Shown here: one piece after another, positions 38,440 through 50,473 of the stretch | Layout of the letters: each line of letters opens with the position of its first letter | Position numbering within the stretch: the stretch's first letter is position 1 | Assembly (NCBI GenBank): GCA_951406725.2 | Contig: OX597819.1 | Coordinates: 82,212,001 to 82,276,000 of the forward strand | Length of the DNA stretch: 64,000 nt | Reading direction: 5' to 3' | Origin: Octopus vulgaris | Taxonomy: Eukaryota | Notes under the pieces: generated by a model | Seen by the model: the letters and a program-made list of their open reading frames with translations, nothing else | Databases searched by the model: none | Told to the model about the DNA's origin: nothing | Program-made: the position numbers and the translations under genes

Positions 38440-40460
38440 ATCTCTTTTCTCACTACTCTTGGAAGAGTCGTGGGAGTACAGTCCTTGGGCATCTCCGCTT
38501 ATCAGAAGCAGCCGTTATTAAACTTTCCGGCCGGATTCCCAAGGAAGACCAACCGAGACTATGGATATTTTCGAACCATCTCTCTCTTGATTTCCCGTTA
38601 GGCTACCTGCTGGTTGGCTTAGCTTGAAGAATCTGTCTTGCGAATCTTCCCTGTGACATTCTAATCGCGTATCCGTAGAACCGAACTGTGACCTCTCAAA
38701 GCAGAGAAGTGGAAGTTTGGAGAGAGGCTCTCTGATATCCGAGCTACATATCCTGGTAACTACCGTTAACCTTGATATCCTAAGGAGGAACGTCATTTCG
38801 TCCGCTTGTATTCGCGATCATGCTTTATCCGTCGTTACCTAATATTCATAACCATAGGTGAGAATAAGCACAAAAACCGAACTGAAGAGAGTGAATTTAG
38901 ATGTTTTTTCTTAACCTCTCCTCTTCTGTGTATCGAATGCCGGTGTTGGCGCATTGCTGTGCCAGTACTTGCTGTTCTAGCGTCCAGTTCTACATCCTGT
39001 CGTTCGTCACTCGTGAATGCGACCCCGAGATACCTAAACTTCTACTTGTCTTAGTGATGCTCCACAAACATGCACAGTGCTCTGAGAAAATTTTCTTGGG
39101 AGAACCAATGTCTCTGTCTTCACAACACTAATTCTCGTCTCTGCCTTGAAGCACTTGGTAATGATACCATTCAGTGCTTGCTGGAGAACACATAGTGAGC
39201 CAAAATAGCACCATGCTGTCTTCAAATAACAGTCGACCGATTCTGCAATGACTGATTATGGCACCGCTCCCATAATGGCTGCGCATGTCGATAACATTCA
39301 TAAAAATTATATAAATGAGAGTTGACAATACATACCCTGCCAAAGTTCAACACCCATGCTAAAAGATTTCGACTTGAACATAACTGGGCATTCGCACAGG
39401 GATTTCTCGGGAACCAAAAGTTGCCCATTAATCCCGAACTACTACAAAACCCTCCACATCGTGTCCCGGTATACGTGGTCACATAACTTTTGGAGGCCTA
39501 CAAAGCAAGCATACACCTCTTGGTAATATTCCTACAATTTCTCGAAGACTACCGTGGAGTGGAATATCTTCCAGTACAGAAGCCACATTATTTATCAGCT
39601 AGCTTGGGCTTCTCAATATCCATACATCGCTTCCCCAGGCACCAAGCGTAGACTTTACTGGGGAGGTTCAACGAGAAAATTCCTCTATAATTAAAGCATT
39701 TGTTCTTATCTCCTTTCTTGTCACCCCGAAGTGCCATTGCTTTAGTATCTTTCCAAGGGTCCAAGCCACCTGGCATACATGAGGCAGCTAGAGAATATCT
39801 TCTCTATTTGAGGCTTTTCAAATCTCAGGCCGAATTTCATCCTCTCCACCGGCCTTATCACTTCAGCCTCAACGAGGTTAGTCATCACTCCTAGAAGTAC
39901 CTTGTATCCATCAGATTTTATCATGATCAGATTTAGGATATCAACAAAGTGTTCTCATCATTTCCCAAGAATGCTCTTCGCTGTAGAGAGAAGAATTCCA
40001 GCTGAGTTCTTAATGGCATATGTGGAAGAGAGCTTCTAGTTACGAAGTCAGCGGGTGATCTGCAAGAATACTTTATTGGCCAATAAGTCACAGTCCTGCC
40101 TGACTCCTGAATCATCCCATGACTTATCCTTGAATATTTCTACTACCTCTCCTGCAATTTTTCACGTCTCACTGTACTGCCTGAACAAAAAGAAGGAGAC
40201 CTGTTTCCAATCTAAACTTTATAAGACTCTTTGCTGGCTCAACAGCATTTTTATCTTCCTTGTTAAACCAGGGATTCTTTTATCACCCGGCACTACACCA
40301 AACTGCTTTCTTTTACGTCATTGAACAGCCTAAGAAACTGCCGAACAAAATCTCCACTCGTTTCGACTTTCTCCATAACTTCAGGAATGTTCCTGAATTT
40401 GGATGCAATAGTGTCTGCATATTTGTTTCTGACCCTATCCGTCCACTTTATCCTGTAAGG
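38440..40460 (-). mobile_element. Decayed RTE-clade LINE (RT region and C-terminus)
   Basis: Minus-strand peptides KKGDKNKCFNYRGIFSLNLPSKVYA, (GV.Q)GYVLSTLIYIIFMN, LLFEDSMV (from LLFADD), QVE(K)FRYLGVAFTSD, LLRI..SQL; many stops and frameshifts. Confidence 0.85.
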
Positions 40461-41759
40461 TAATTAAACACGTTTGTTTTGCAAATAATTTAAATTTCAT
40501 CAGATTGTATAATAACCAAGAAATTTGATATAAGTTAAGTTATAATCATTGTATAAGTTACCCACAGCGGCAAAAGTATATTTCCAAAGTTATCCGTCAT
40601 ATGACGGCTAACATTTTAAGTATGTATGTATGTATGTATGTATGTATGTATGTATGTATGTATGTATGTATGTATGTATGTATGTATGTATGTGTGTATG
40701 TATGTGTGTGTGTGTGTGAGTGTGTGTGTGTGTATGCATGCTTAAAATATTTTATCTTATCTATCATATATGCAGTCTTTTTAATTTCTCATGTTCCTTC
40801 ATAAACTATTGTTCGCACCCTTTCAAAATTGATTCAGCTATCAACATATTTTTATCTTGTTTCTTCTGTACGTAATTTTGAAATATATATTTCTACATTA
40901 GCTTTGCCAAAGATTATAGCATAGTTTGGCTACTTGGAAAACACTGAAGCATTGTTAATAGCTCACTCGTAGGCTACACATTACTACTCCAGTTACACAT
41001 TTTACAATGACCTTTTTAGTGTTTGGCTATGAATATATAAAGGAGTGTTGGACGAAAATAGGAGTGAAGGGAGAATTGATGACAACAGAAGCGGATCACA
41101 GAGTATTATATTAAAGTCTGTGCACAAGAAGTTGCAAGAAGAAGCGGGGTACTGGGGGGCGAATTAAATTGGGGAAATTTATGTATGAATGTGAACCAAT
41201 GTACATATGTGTTTGTAATTGCATGGGTCGGTCAGTATGTGTGTGTATGTGTGTGTGTGTGTGTGTGAAAGAGACAGAGAGTGACATACGCGCATAGCTG
41301 TACACCCGTTCACGCACACACTATATACGTACATATATGCAAACAGAAATTGTGTGTGCTTGTGTGATATGTATCGGTATGTGCGTGTGTGTCATTGTAT
41401 GCTAAGTGCGTGAACGAACAGATAACTGTAATTATATAAAACTATGGGTGAGAATATTTTACCTCACACTCATTATTATCGTTGGCAATCAACGCCGTAA
41501 ACATACGTAGGCATTTAATGAGACAAGCGAGTTGAGTAGAAATGTAAATATTTTAATAGCGAGGATGAGAGTAAAGGTGATGGTGTCAGTTTAAACGTTG
41601 CGGAAAAGAGGGGGAAAAGGAAGCAAACTTGGGAAAGGCAAGGATAGAAGATAGAGAGACGAGGTGATTCCGGTACATTTATGGGAGGAGTGAACAGGTA
41701 GACAGACAAGTTCATAAAAAAATAGAAAAAATATTTACTAAACAACAGAAGGCAACACA

Positions 41760-42203
41760 TAATCTAGGCTGACTATCAATTGGCCGATGACACAGATTGT
41801 CGACTTTTTCCAACGTTTTATGTATTCGTCGGCTGATTTGACTGCCAGACTACTTTATACTTGGTGAAAGGAAAAAGAAAGAAAAAGATTGGCGCGACTG
41901 CACAGCGACAATAGACGAATAGTAACTTTTTTTTTTATTCTGTTAATCACTCCAGGATTATTTCATTCACTTTCCTGTTGTATTCTACCTTTCTTCTCAC
42001 AACTTAATACACACACGTGTGAATAGAAGAAGTAGTTATGCTAGTTGGAACGAACTTTGAAAAAGTTTGTTACCTTAATACTGTATAAGCAAAAAAAAAA
42101 AGAACCATACAAGAAATATATGTATGAAGTTATTCTAAAGTAAGTTTACACAAATTTCTTTTCTAATAACAGCGGAGGAATTTTTAATCATTTCAACGGC
42201 AAT
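41760..42203 (+). promoter_or_regulatory. Candidate promoter/5' UTR of the NtA (agrin) exon
   Basis: Non-repetitive, locally CpG-retaining sequence immediately upstream of the ATG, with two ATTGG (reverse CCAAT) sites at ~41779 and ~41888. Position-based inference only; an upstream non-coding exon cannot be excluded. Confidence 0.3.
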
Positions 42204-42672
42204 ATGGGGTTGATATCGTTAAAGTTCTTCTGTTCTCTCTCTCAGAATGTTCTTTTACTATATCTATTGTATATTATATCATTTGACTGTGTAGTCGCTG
42301 GTTTAATGGATTCGGATTCTTGCAAAGACAATGTGAATATCAAAACCAAAATTGATATGTCCAATTTAGTGATCAGTGGCACAATTGAAAAGATGGACCA
42401 GAGATCTGCAAAGAATGGAATGTACGACTGTGAAGTTTTGGTGGGACAAGTTTTTAAAGAAGATGATAGAGTACCTCCTAACTTGATGGTAGATTCTGAC
42501 AGCATGGTCAAAATCAAAGGATTTGGAAGCACCAAATTCTGCAATAGTGAAGTGGAACCAAAAGATACCAAACTGTTCTTCTTAAAAACTAACTCTAAAG
42601 CCTACAAACTTATTGCTGGGATCCTGCCTATTACCTTTTCTAACCTTAAACATATTACCGCTGTTTCAAAAG
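42204..42672 (+). CDS. AGRN: First coding exon of agrin-like protein: signal peptide + NtA (laminin-binding N-terminal agrin) domain; ends at phase-1 donor AAAG|GTAAAT
   Basis: Hydrophobic leader (VLLLYLLYIISFDCVVAG), then SNLVISGTIEKM..MYDCEVLVGQVFK..VKIKGFGSTKFCNSEVEPKDTKLFFL..ILPITFSNL, which parallels the vertebrate agrin NtA as I recall it ([55 protein letters not shown]). 469 nt = 156 codons + 1. The ORF tail after 42672 is T-rich intron. The agrin name presumes downstream Kazal/laminin G exons outside the window. Confidence 0.88.
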
Positions 42673-43492
42673 GTAAATATTTTTATATATATTTTTCTTT
42701 TTTTTTTTAATTACAAATCCTTGAATAACAAATTAATATATTTAAAGTTAAAGTCGGTGCTGTTAATTTAAAATAAACTCTTGTCGTACCAATTCTCAGC
42801 TGAGATTATTTCTTTTTCATTTATGTAGTAAATTACGCTAGGAATTATACTTGTCCCACATCTTGTTATAGATCTGACGTATAGTGTTTGCACATAAAAT
42901 CATTTTATTTTCATTCATTTTTCTCCTCTTTCTCACCCGTTCTTTTTCTATATTGTATCGTCCTCTTTCCCCTTCTCTCTATCTCCCGACAATACCTCTT
43001 TTATTCTTATTTTATACTATTCTATTAATATTTACTTTCATTCATTCTATTTCGCGTTTTCCTTATATTTTCTCATAGTTTTCTGTCTCACTTTCACATT
43101 TTTTCGTCTTCATTCTTCAACTTCTTTCTAATTCTCTCTCATTTCCTATGTTCCTGCCTCATCTTTGACAATCTTTTTACGACTCATTTTTTTTTCTTTT
43201 TTACTTTATTTTTTCCTACACATGTTTTTCAATATTTACGCCTCTCCACCACAGTTTCTTGTCTCACATCGAACTGAATATATAGACCTGTTGCAAAATT
43301 TGGTATAATACTCATATTTTCCTTTTTATAGCAATAGCTAGTTAGTTTGTCAAGGATGCTGAAATGATAGTGGCATTTAAATTCTATTTTAAAATTATAG
43401 TGGCATTTAAATTATATATATGGAGTGACCACAGACAAAATCAGCCGTGGCTAGACTTAAACTCAGAATGCACAAGGAAGGAAGAAGAAAAT

Positions 43493-43702
43493 ATTGGTTT
43501 CCAATTTTGGCAAAGGCCAGCAAGTCCGGGGGAGGGGGTAAATAGATTACATTCACCTCAGTACTTAACTGGCACTTATTTTATCGATCTCGAAAGGATG
43601 GAAGGTAAAGTCGACCTCAACAATATTTGAACTCAGAATTTAAATTCGGACGAAATGTCGTTAAGTATTTTTACCCGGCGTGCTAACGATTCTGCCAGCT
43701 AG
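43493..43702 (-). mobile_element. SINE family B (intronic)
   Basis: TTGGTTTCCAATTTTGG...GAAAGGATGGAAGGTAAAGTCGACCTC...CCCGGCGTGCTAACGATTCTGCCAGCT. Confidence 0.85.
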
Positions 43703-45384
43703 CATTTTAACAGTGGATGTTCTATCATTGTGATTAGCCCTAGGTTAACCCGTTTAAGTAGACTAATGATCAAATGTATTTCAATTGCAACCAATCCATT
43801 CTTTTAGAAGCATCTAAAATTACATTATCTGATGTACATTTCCTTTTTTTTTTTAAGGTGTTAGGGTATGAATTGATGGAATTTAACGGCTGTTTATAGC
43901 CAGTCGAACAGTTTCGTAGGGGCTCCTTCGTCGATTCTTTACAGTGCATGCCATTCTAAGTATTTCATTCCATAGTTTTCGTGATTTTCTCTATCATATT
44001 CAATTATTTAAGACAAAACCTTCGTTAAATTCTACTAGCATTCAATGTATGAATGAAAGAATGAATAAATAAGTTTTATTTCTAGAATTCATAAGATGGT
44101 AAATTAAGGGAAAAAACTTAGTTCAGGAAATTTTATCCTCTGAAGTTTTGAGCTGTTATCTTAACGAGTTAAATTTTACATTACTCTATGAGTAAGTACC
44201 AAAATTTATTTAGTTAAATAATATAAAATACAATAATATAATATTATTTATTAATCAGGAATATTTTTCGAAAGCTACATAGCACGAGTTTTCAAAAATC
44301 TTGTTTCCATCACAGTGCCCAAATTCCTTTAAAAATCCAACTCTAGTTGGAGTTGATCTTAAGCGTCTGCATCCTTACTATAATACAAATATTAGCCTTC
44401 TACTTGCTTAGTTAAAAAAAAAAGAATTTATACAAAAGTTACAATCGCTTGAAAGGAGACAAAAACATCTTAGAGTAGTTCTGTTAAGAAGCAAACCTTA
44501 AATATATGGAATTGAACAAAGGGACACAATGCTTTCAATTTTAAAAATCTAACAGCATTTTCTACTCATGACATCTGATATGGTTTAGAAATACATCTAC
44601 GTTCTGCGACAGCATTACTGTTAAGAAATTAAGCCCATGCATACATAAGCATTTAAGTGAGACCTCTCATGTCACCCTGGTGACCATTTTAATTTCTTTA
44701 TCAACTAGTCGCACTAGCCGGCCTTGGTCAGATTTTAAAGAAACTATCGAGAAAATTAACGCGGTGTATGGTCATCTCCATGAAAAGAGATGCCGCTGTG
44801 TAAAATTTCAGTTACTTAGATTCAAAACAGTGACCAATAATTTGTAACTCATATGCATTCACTTTTATATAATTAAGAAGATATGAAATTCAAAGGCATG
44901 GTTAAGAAAGTTTAAGGAGTTTTTATTTTTTTAATCAGAAGACGAAAGTTTTGAATGAAAACATTATGAAATCGAAGTGTAGAATAATAAAAGTATTACA
45001 GAGCCGAGGAATGCAATCGAAAAACATTCATTTCTTACTTATCGATCCTCAAAGTCAGAGAATACTGACTAAAGGCATGTTAACAATAGTTACTAAATCT
45101 CCTTCAAGTCCCACCCACCCCAACATCTTAGAAAAGGATGCATTGAATAATGTTGTGCTAGGTTCTTTGCACACAGAGAAAAGACGGGATGGCCATAGCT
45201 TAAGAACCTTTGATCATTGGCCAGCTAGATAAAACAAAATAACAACTGGTATCTTTGATATGAGCTGTCAAGACTAAGAATTACATTAATCAAACAGCAG
45301 AAACGGCAGAAGCTGTTTCAATCCATCAAAATGAAGTCGTTTTGTATACAAAAATTTTCATATCGTAACGCTTTCAAAAGTGTG

Positions 45385-45655
45385 TGTTTTCGTCTCTAAT
45401 CGGTCCATTTTGTCGAATTTTTATGGGGACGTTAACAAACCAAAACTGGTTGTTAGAAGTGGGTAGTGAACAAATATAGACACAAAGATACACATAGAGA
45501 GCATGAGTTTCGGCCTACAAAATTCGATCGCAAGACATTGGTTAGCCCGTAGCTATGGTAGAAGACACTTATCCAGGGTGACAAGCAATGAGACAGAAAC
45601 CGAAATCACTTGATTGCAAAGTGAGCATCTTAACCACACAGCCATGCCTGTACCT
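45385..45655 (-). mobile_element. SINE family A, degenerate and deleted
   Basis: GGGGACGTTAACAAACCAAAACTGGTTGT...GCTATGGTAGAAGACACTT...TTAACCACACAGCCATGCCTGTACCT. Confidence 0.7.
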
Positions 45656-46879
45656 ATATAGATAGCCACGAAATTTATTTAGTTGAAGTAACTATATAAT
45701 TGACGGTTTAAAAACATATACTAACATATACTATGTTTTAAATTTCTCTGCTCATTGATTTTGTTACTTTCCATAAAAATAAAGTATTATTGGGCATTTT
45801 TAAATGATCTGGAAGATCGTAACTCAACAGACTTCTCTAGATTTTGTTGGCTCTTCATATACCAGATACTATGTCAACCTTAGAGAACTTGCACAATCTA
45901 GATAAAAATTATGGCAACGTCCATTTTTCTCATTATGAACAATAGAGCAAAATCGAAGATAGTGTGTAGCAATCCAAATAATTGGAACTGTTCACTGACT
46001 CTCTGATTCTACAAATATTTGCGTTCGTATGTTTCTTGTACACTTAGCATCTTGCGAGCGTAAAATTGTGAGATTACAAACATGAATGAAGTAGAGTTTT
46101 TGATAATAAATAGATCTGAAAAATTATGTAGTAAAAGGTAACTAGAGAAAACTCGGTTCAAATTTTTATCAAACTTTTCTGTGTTAAAGGTTTCCACTCG
46201 ATATTATCCATAACATTCAATATAATTAGTCATTTTTTTCTTTCTTTATACTTGTACATTATATAATCCTTAAGCTTAATGTCAGTAGCTATCCCCTAGT
46301 TTATGAAAAATATACAAAAATCCTTGTATAGAACTTTGCGCTTCACAGTTCCAGCGACGCAGTGTTTGGCTGTTGTGTGCATGCTCACATGTCCGAGATA
46401 GGAAGCTTCATGCTAGGGAAAGAGAAGGCACTGCGTGAACGATAGTGCCGACTCCGGTATTCCGGTTGACTCCGCATGTGTTGTGCTTAAAAACATGTTT
46501 ATATTCTTGGATTTGATCAAGTGTATGATTAGATTATTATCCTGCTTCCAGCTACAGGGTGTTGCTGCCATGATTTGAAAAATAGGATACATTTACACCC
46601 AGCTCCTTTATTTTATGATTTAGTGGGGATGAATTTTGAAAATTAAGTGGGTATTTGCGGTTATGTTCTGTAAACAAATTAAACACACACCCGGCAGTGG
46701 CTAAAACGCGAACCGACCAAGTTTATGAATAAATTTTCTTTTTATATGTTTGTTTCCTTTTACACAATATTAAAACAAAGGCTAAAAATTTTCTGAAGCA
46801 GCACCCCCACTAATTTTATCTACCAGCCACCAATGATTTTGATTTAGTTTTTTTTTTTATCCAATATATTTACACATAC

Positions 46880-47278
46880 AAGGCGGCGAGTTTGCAGAAT
46901 CGTTTGCACTCCGGGCAAGATGCTTTGCGGAATTTCGTCCATCTTTATGATCTAAGTTCAAATTCCATCGAGGTCGATTTTGCCCTTCATCCATTTGGGG
47001 CCGATAAAATAAGGGCATAGTTTCGGTTGTAGTAGCACAGATTTCCGTCGATTTCCGTAAAAAACTTTTATTTTTTTACATAAGTAATGAGAGCGAAAGA
47101 GACTAAGAGGAAGCGATTTTACGACGAGAAGGTTTCACTTTGAAGTCGGCCTGTGTGTGTTTGATGGGGTGTGGGAGACAGACAGTATGTTGTGTAAGTG
47201 AAGTGCTTCTGTTAGTGTGTGCGAAGAGACAGACATACATATACACATACACCGAGTAAAAAATTACGATGAATCGGC

Positions 47279-47310
<32 letters not shown>

Positions 47311-47327
47311 TAGATACATACACACAC

Positions 47328-47364
<37 letters not shown>

Positions 47365-48008
47365 TAGATACATACACACACACACATACATGCAGACATA
47401 CATATACACATACACCGAGTAAAAAATTACACTGAATCGACCATACATACATACACACATACATACACATACACAGATACATACACACACACACATACAT
47501 GCAGACATACATATACACATACACCGAGTAAAAAATTACGATGAATCGGCCATACATACATACATACACACACACACATACTTACACACACACACATACA
47601 TAGATACATACACACACACACACATACATGCATACATACATACACACATACACCGAGTAAAGAATCAGTTATCTCTCTCTTTCACACATTACTCTCTCTG
47701 TCTCTTCGCACACACTAACAGAAGCACTTCACTTACACAACATACTGTCTGTCTCCCACACCCCATCAAACACACACAGGCCGATTTCAAAGTGAAACCT
47801 TCTCGTCATAAAATCGCTTCCTCTTAGTCTCTTTCGCTCTCATTACTTATGTAAAAAAATAAAAGTTTTTTACGGAAATCGACGGAAATCTGTGCTACGA
47901 CATGCGAAACTTCGCCAAAATAAGTATTAGCTGGGCACTGGAGTCGATGCAATCGAATTATCCCCACCCTCGAAATTGCTGGCCTTGTGCCAAAATTGGA
48001 AACTAATA
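46880..48008 (+). mobile_element. SINE family B split by the fold-back element (5' half 46880-47013, 3' half 47917-48008)
   Basis: AAGGCGGCGAG.T.GCAGAATCGTT...GG.CGATAAAATAAG | insertion | AAAATAAGTA.TAG.TG.GCACTGGAGTCGATG.AATCGA...GGCCTTGTGCC; the halves rejoin to the family consensus. Confidence 0.85.
47014..47916. mobile_element. Non-autonomous fold-back DNA transposon with ~220-bp TIRs and 8-bp TSD (MULE/Foldback-like or hAT)
   Basis: 47014-47233 is the near-perfect reverse complement of 47697-47916 (ends GGCATAGTTTCG / CGAAACTTCGCC); TSD AAAATAAG at 47006-47013 and 47917-47924; interior has 3-4 tandem units CACATACACCGAGTAAAAAATTAC..TGAATCG.CCATAC plus CA-rich repeats. Confidence 0.9.
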
Positions 48009-48757
48009 TAGTTACACACTCACATATAAACACACGCACACACGCTAGTAGCCTAGAGTAACATAGATAGGCCACTTAAAATAAATAGCTCGAAGCATGA
48101 AGGCAGAGTGTTAGCATGTTCTTCTTCTAAAGCAATGAGTCCGACAAAGATCATTTAGCAAGAGAAGTGTGGCACCTTATATAGATCTTAGCATAAAATA
48201 GCTATGTAAACTCACCCCACTTTGCTTATTAAATTGTCTCTAAGTATATTCGGCCTAAATAAAATCCCTTTCGTTGGACTCGGTTTAAATGAAACACACA
48301 CATACACGTGAGAGAGAGAGAGGTAGATAGTTAGGGTCTCTGTCACTTTCGGCAACATCGATTCAGTTGTACGATCAAATGATTTACATTTGATCACGAT
48401 AAACAAAGCATCTGTGCAGGTTGTTCGGTAAGAAGTTGCCGAACCTTCAACTGTCGTCTACGGCAAGAGCGTCCACTGCCGTGCGCGTGCACACACACAT
48501 ATGTACGTACGTGTGTGTGTGTGTGCTTATAGAGTTCAGGTAATATTCCGTCTAATGACATACAATTGATTTACCACCTAAAATTTCGAATTGAACTGTG
48601 ACTAAAGCAAAAAGAGTAATGTTATAGCTGCCTAGCAATGAGTGGCTATTGGCAATTTATCATTGAGCAGATTATTACATCTATATATTTAAACATAACT
48701 ACTGAGTTGTTACAAGAGAGAATAAAAACAAAAGAAAGTGAGAGGTGTGCAGATAGT

Positions 48758-48857
48758 CTCTTACAGCTGTTTCAGGAATAGGTGCACACATATTGCATTT
48801 CCCTGCAAACGAATGGTAGTTATCTATTTAAGAACTCTTTATTCCTTCATCGGAAAG
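48758..48857 (-). ncRNA. Hammerhead-ribozyme-like motif (variant core) in a probable Penelope-like pseudo-LTR (~48710-49215)
   Basis: Minus strand: cuuu-CCGAUGA-aggaaua(long loop)uauuccu-GAAAC-agcu-GUA-agag; 7-bp stem II, palindromic stem III ACAGCUGU; core has C in place of U4. Confidence 0.6.
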
Positions 48858-49539
48858 AAAATGAGGTAGATCCTTGGTAGAGGATTCTAGTAGCAAACAA
48901 TACCATCGTCGGAGAGAGAATGAGATAGATCATTAATGGAAGCCATTGTCTATAACTTGTGTGAGGTATAAAAAGTGCTGTAGAAATCAAAGACAGGGTC
49001 AAGATAATAAGAGGATAGATAGAAACTAGCGTCCATACATAGTAAGTGATAGACATACATATCTTAAGAGTAAGAGGAGAATATATTGAAAGAAACGGCC
49101 AACGACAATATGGGCAGGGAAGGCGAGATTGTAAATGGTAAGGTATGGAGATGACCATAAGTATAATGGCAACGTCAAGGGTGTCGAACGTATTAGAATT
49201 ATCAGACTGCCAACGTATATTTATATGTGTGTATGTGTATACATGCATTATGTGTGTGACCAATTTTCGGTGTGACCAATTTTCTTCATATAAACCTGTG
49301 TATGAATCTTAAGTTTTGGGCTTGATATTTTAAAGGAAGTTTAAGAATAACAACAGAACTTTTTACATATGGAGGAAGTAAAGTATAAAAATAGAGACAA
49401 ATATATCATCAAATTGATTTCCTAGCTTGCAACTTTTCAAAACATCAGGTTTTTGCCTAATGGCTTGTTCAACTGTTGAAAAACCTGTTATGTGAAACTT
49501 GAAATTCCATTCTAAATTACCTTGATAACGCATGCATAC

Positions 49540-49575
<36 letters not shown>

Positions 49576-49611
49576 ATTTATGCGTTACATAGATAGAGAT
49601 ACATACATATA

Positions 49612-49940
49612 TGCACGTGAGGGACCCAAAAGGAACCAGAATTTCGCAATGTTATTTTATTCACTTAGTTTTACGTGTTTACACTTTTATGTTCTTCAAA
49701 GTATTCTTTATTTGAAGCATTGCATCGGTCCAGGTGGGTTTTTCCACAATTCGAAGCAGTGCTGGAATTCTAGCGAAGTGAATGTCTTTTAACGCCTCTG
49801 TCTTTTTTTCTCTTTTATTTTTTCTTCCACCCTTTCCACATCTGCAAATTCCGTAGCACCTGCTTTCGTCACCATTGATGACCTTCGCTAAAAGGTCCGG
49901 ATCAACATCCAACTGTTCTTTCAGTTCATGACAATGCATA
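49612..49940 (-). mobile_element. Internally deleted mariner remnant
   Basis: Minus-strand CHELKEQLDVDPDLLAKVINGDESRCYG (cf. ITGDESW.Y.Y, first catalytic Asp) joined to a transposase C-terminus-like segment and TIR-like end. Confidence 0.75.
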
Positions 49941-49948
49941 TGTGTGTG

Positions 49949-49991
<43 letters not shown>

Positions 49992-50214
49992 GGAATATAT
50001 ATATATATAAATAAGGAAAGTAATCTTATTCAAAAATACAGACCACAACTAAACATACTCTAACATACCCCCTGGAAGCACATCCAGAGCAAGCACACAG
50101 GGACGCGCGCACGCTCACAGCATATCGTGCGGGCGGGCACATGCGCGCATCGGCACGCATAGGACACACTAGCGGGCATTGACCGCACACATACGTGGCA
50201 TGCACACGCATGCA

Positions 50215-50427
50215 TTATATATATGTAGGTGATATATGTGTGTGTGTGTGTGTGCACTGTGTGCGTGTGTGTGTATATGTGTGTGTGCGCGCGTTGTATG
50301 TGTTTGTGTGTGTGCACGTGTGTATATATGTGTGTGTGTGTGTGCACTGTGTGCGGGTGTGTGTGTATGTGTGTGTGTGTGTGTGTGTGAGCATTGTATA
50401 CGTGTGTATGTATTTACATATGTATCT

Positions 50428-50473
<46 letters not shown>

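Noticed and set aside
42242-42571. 109-aa antisense ORF
   Set aside because: Shadow of the NtA exon on the opposite strand.
42673-42710. C-terminal KYFYIYFSFFF of the 168-aa ORF as a membrane anchor
   Set aside because: Lies after a good GT donor at the expected NtA boundary; it is T-rich intron read-through unless intron retention is shown.
47230-47660. Regularly spaced ~30-nt repeats with variable spacers (CRISPR-like look)
   Set aside because: Spacers are CA microsatellite, the context is a eukaryotic fold-back element, and there are no cas genes.
48847-49263. 138-aa hydrophobic minus-strand ORF
   Set aside because: Arises from a purine-rich non-coding repeat next to the hammerhead-like motif; no protein family features.
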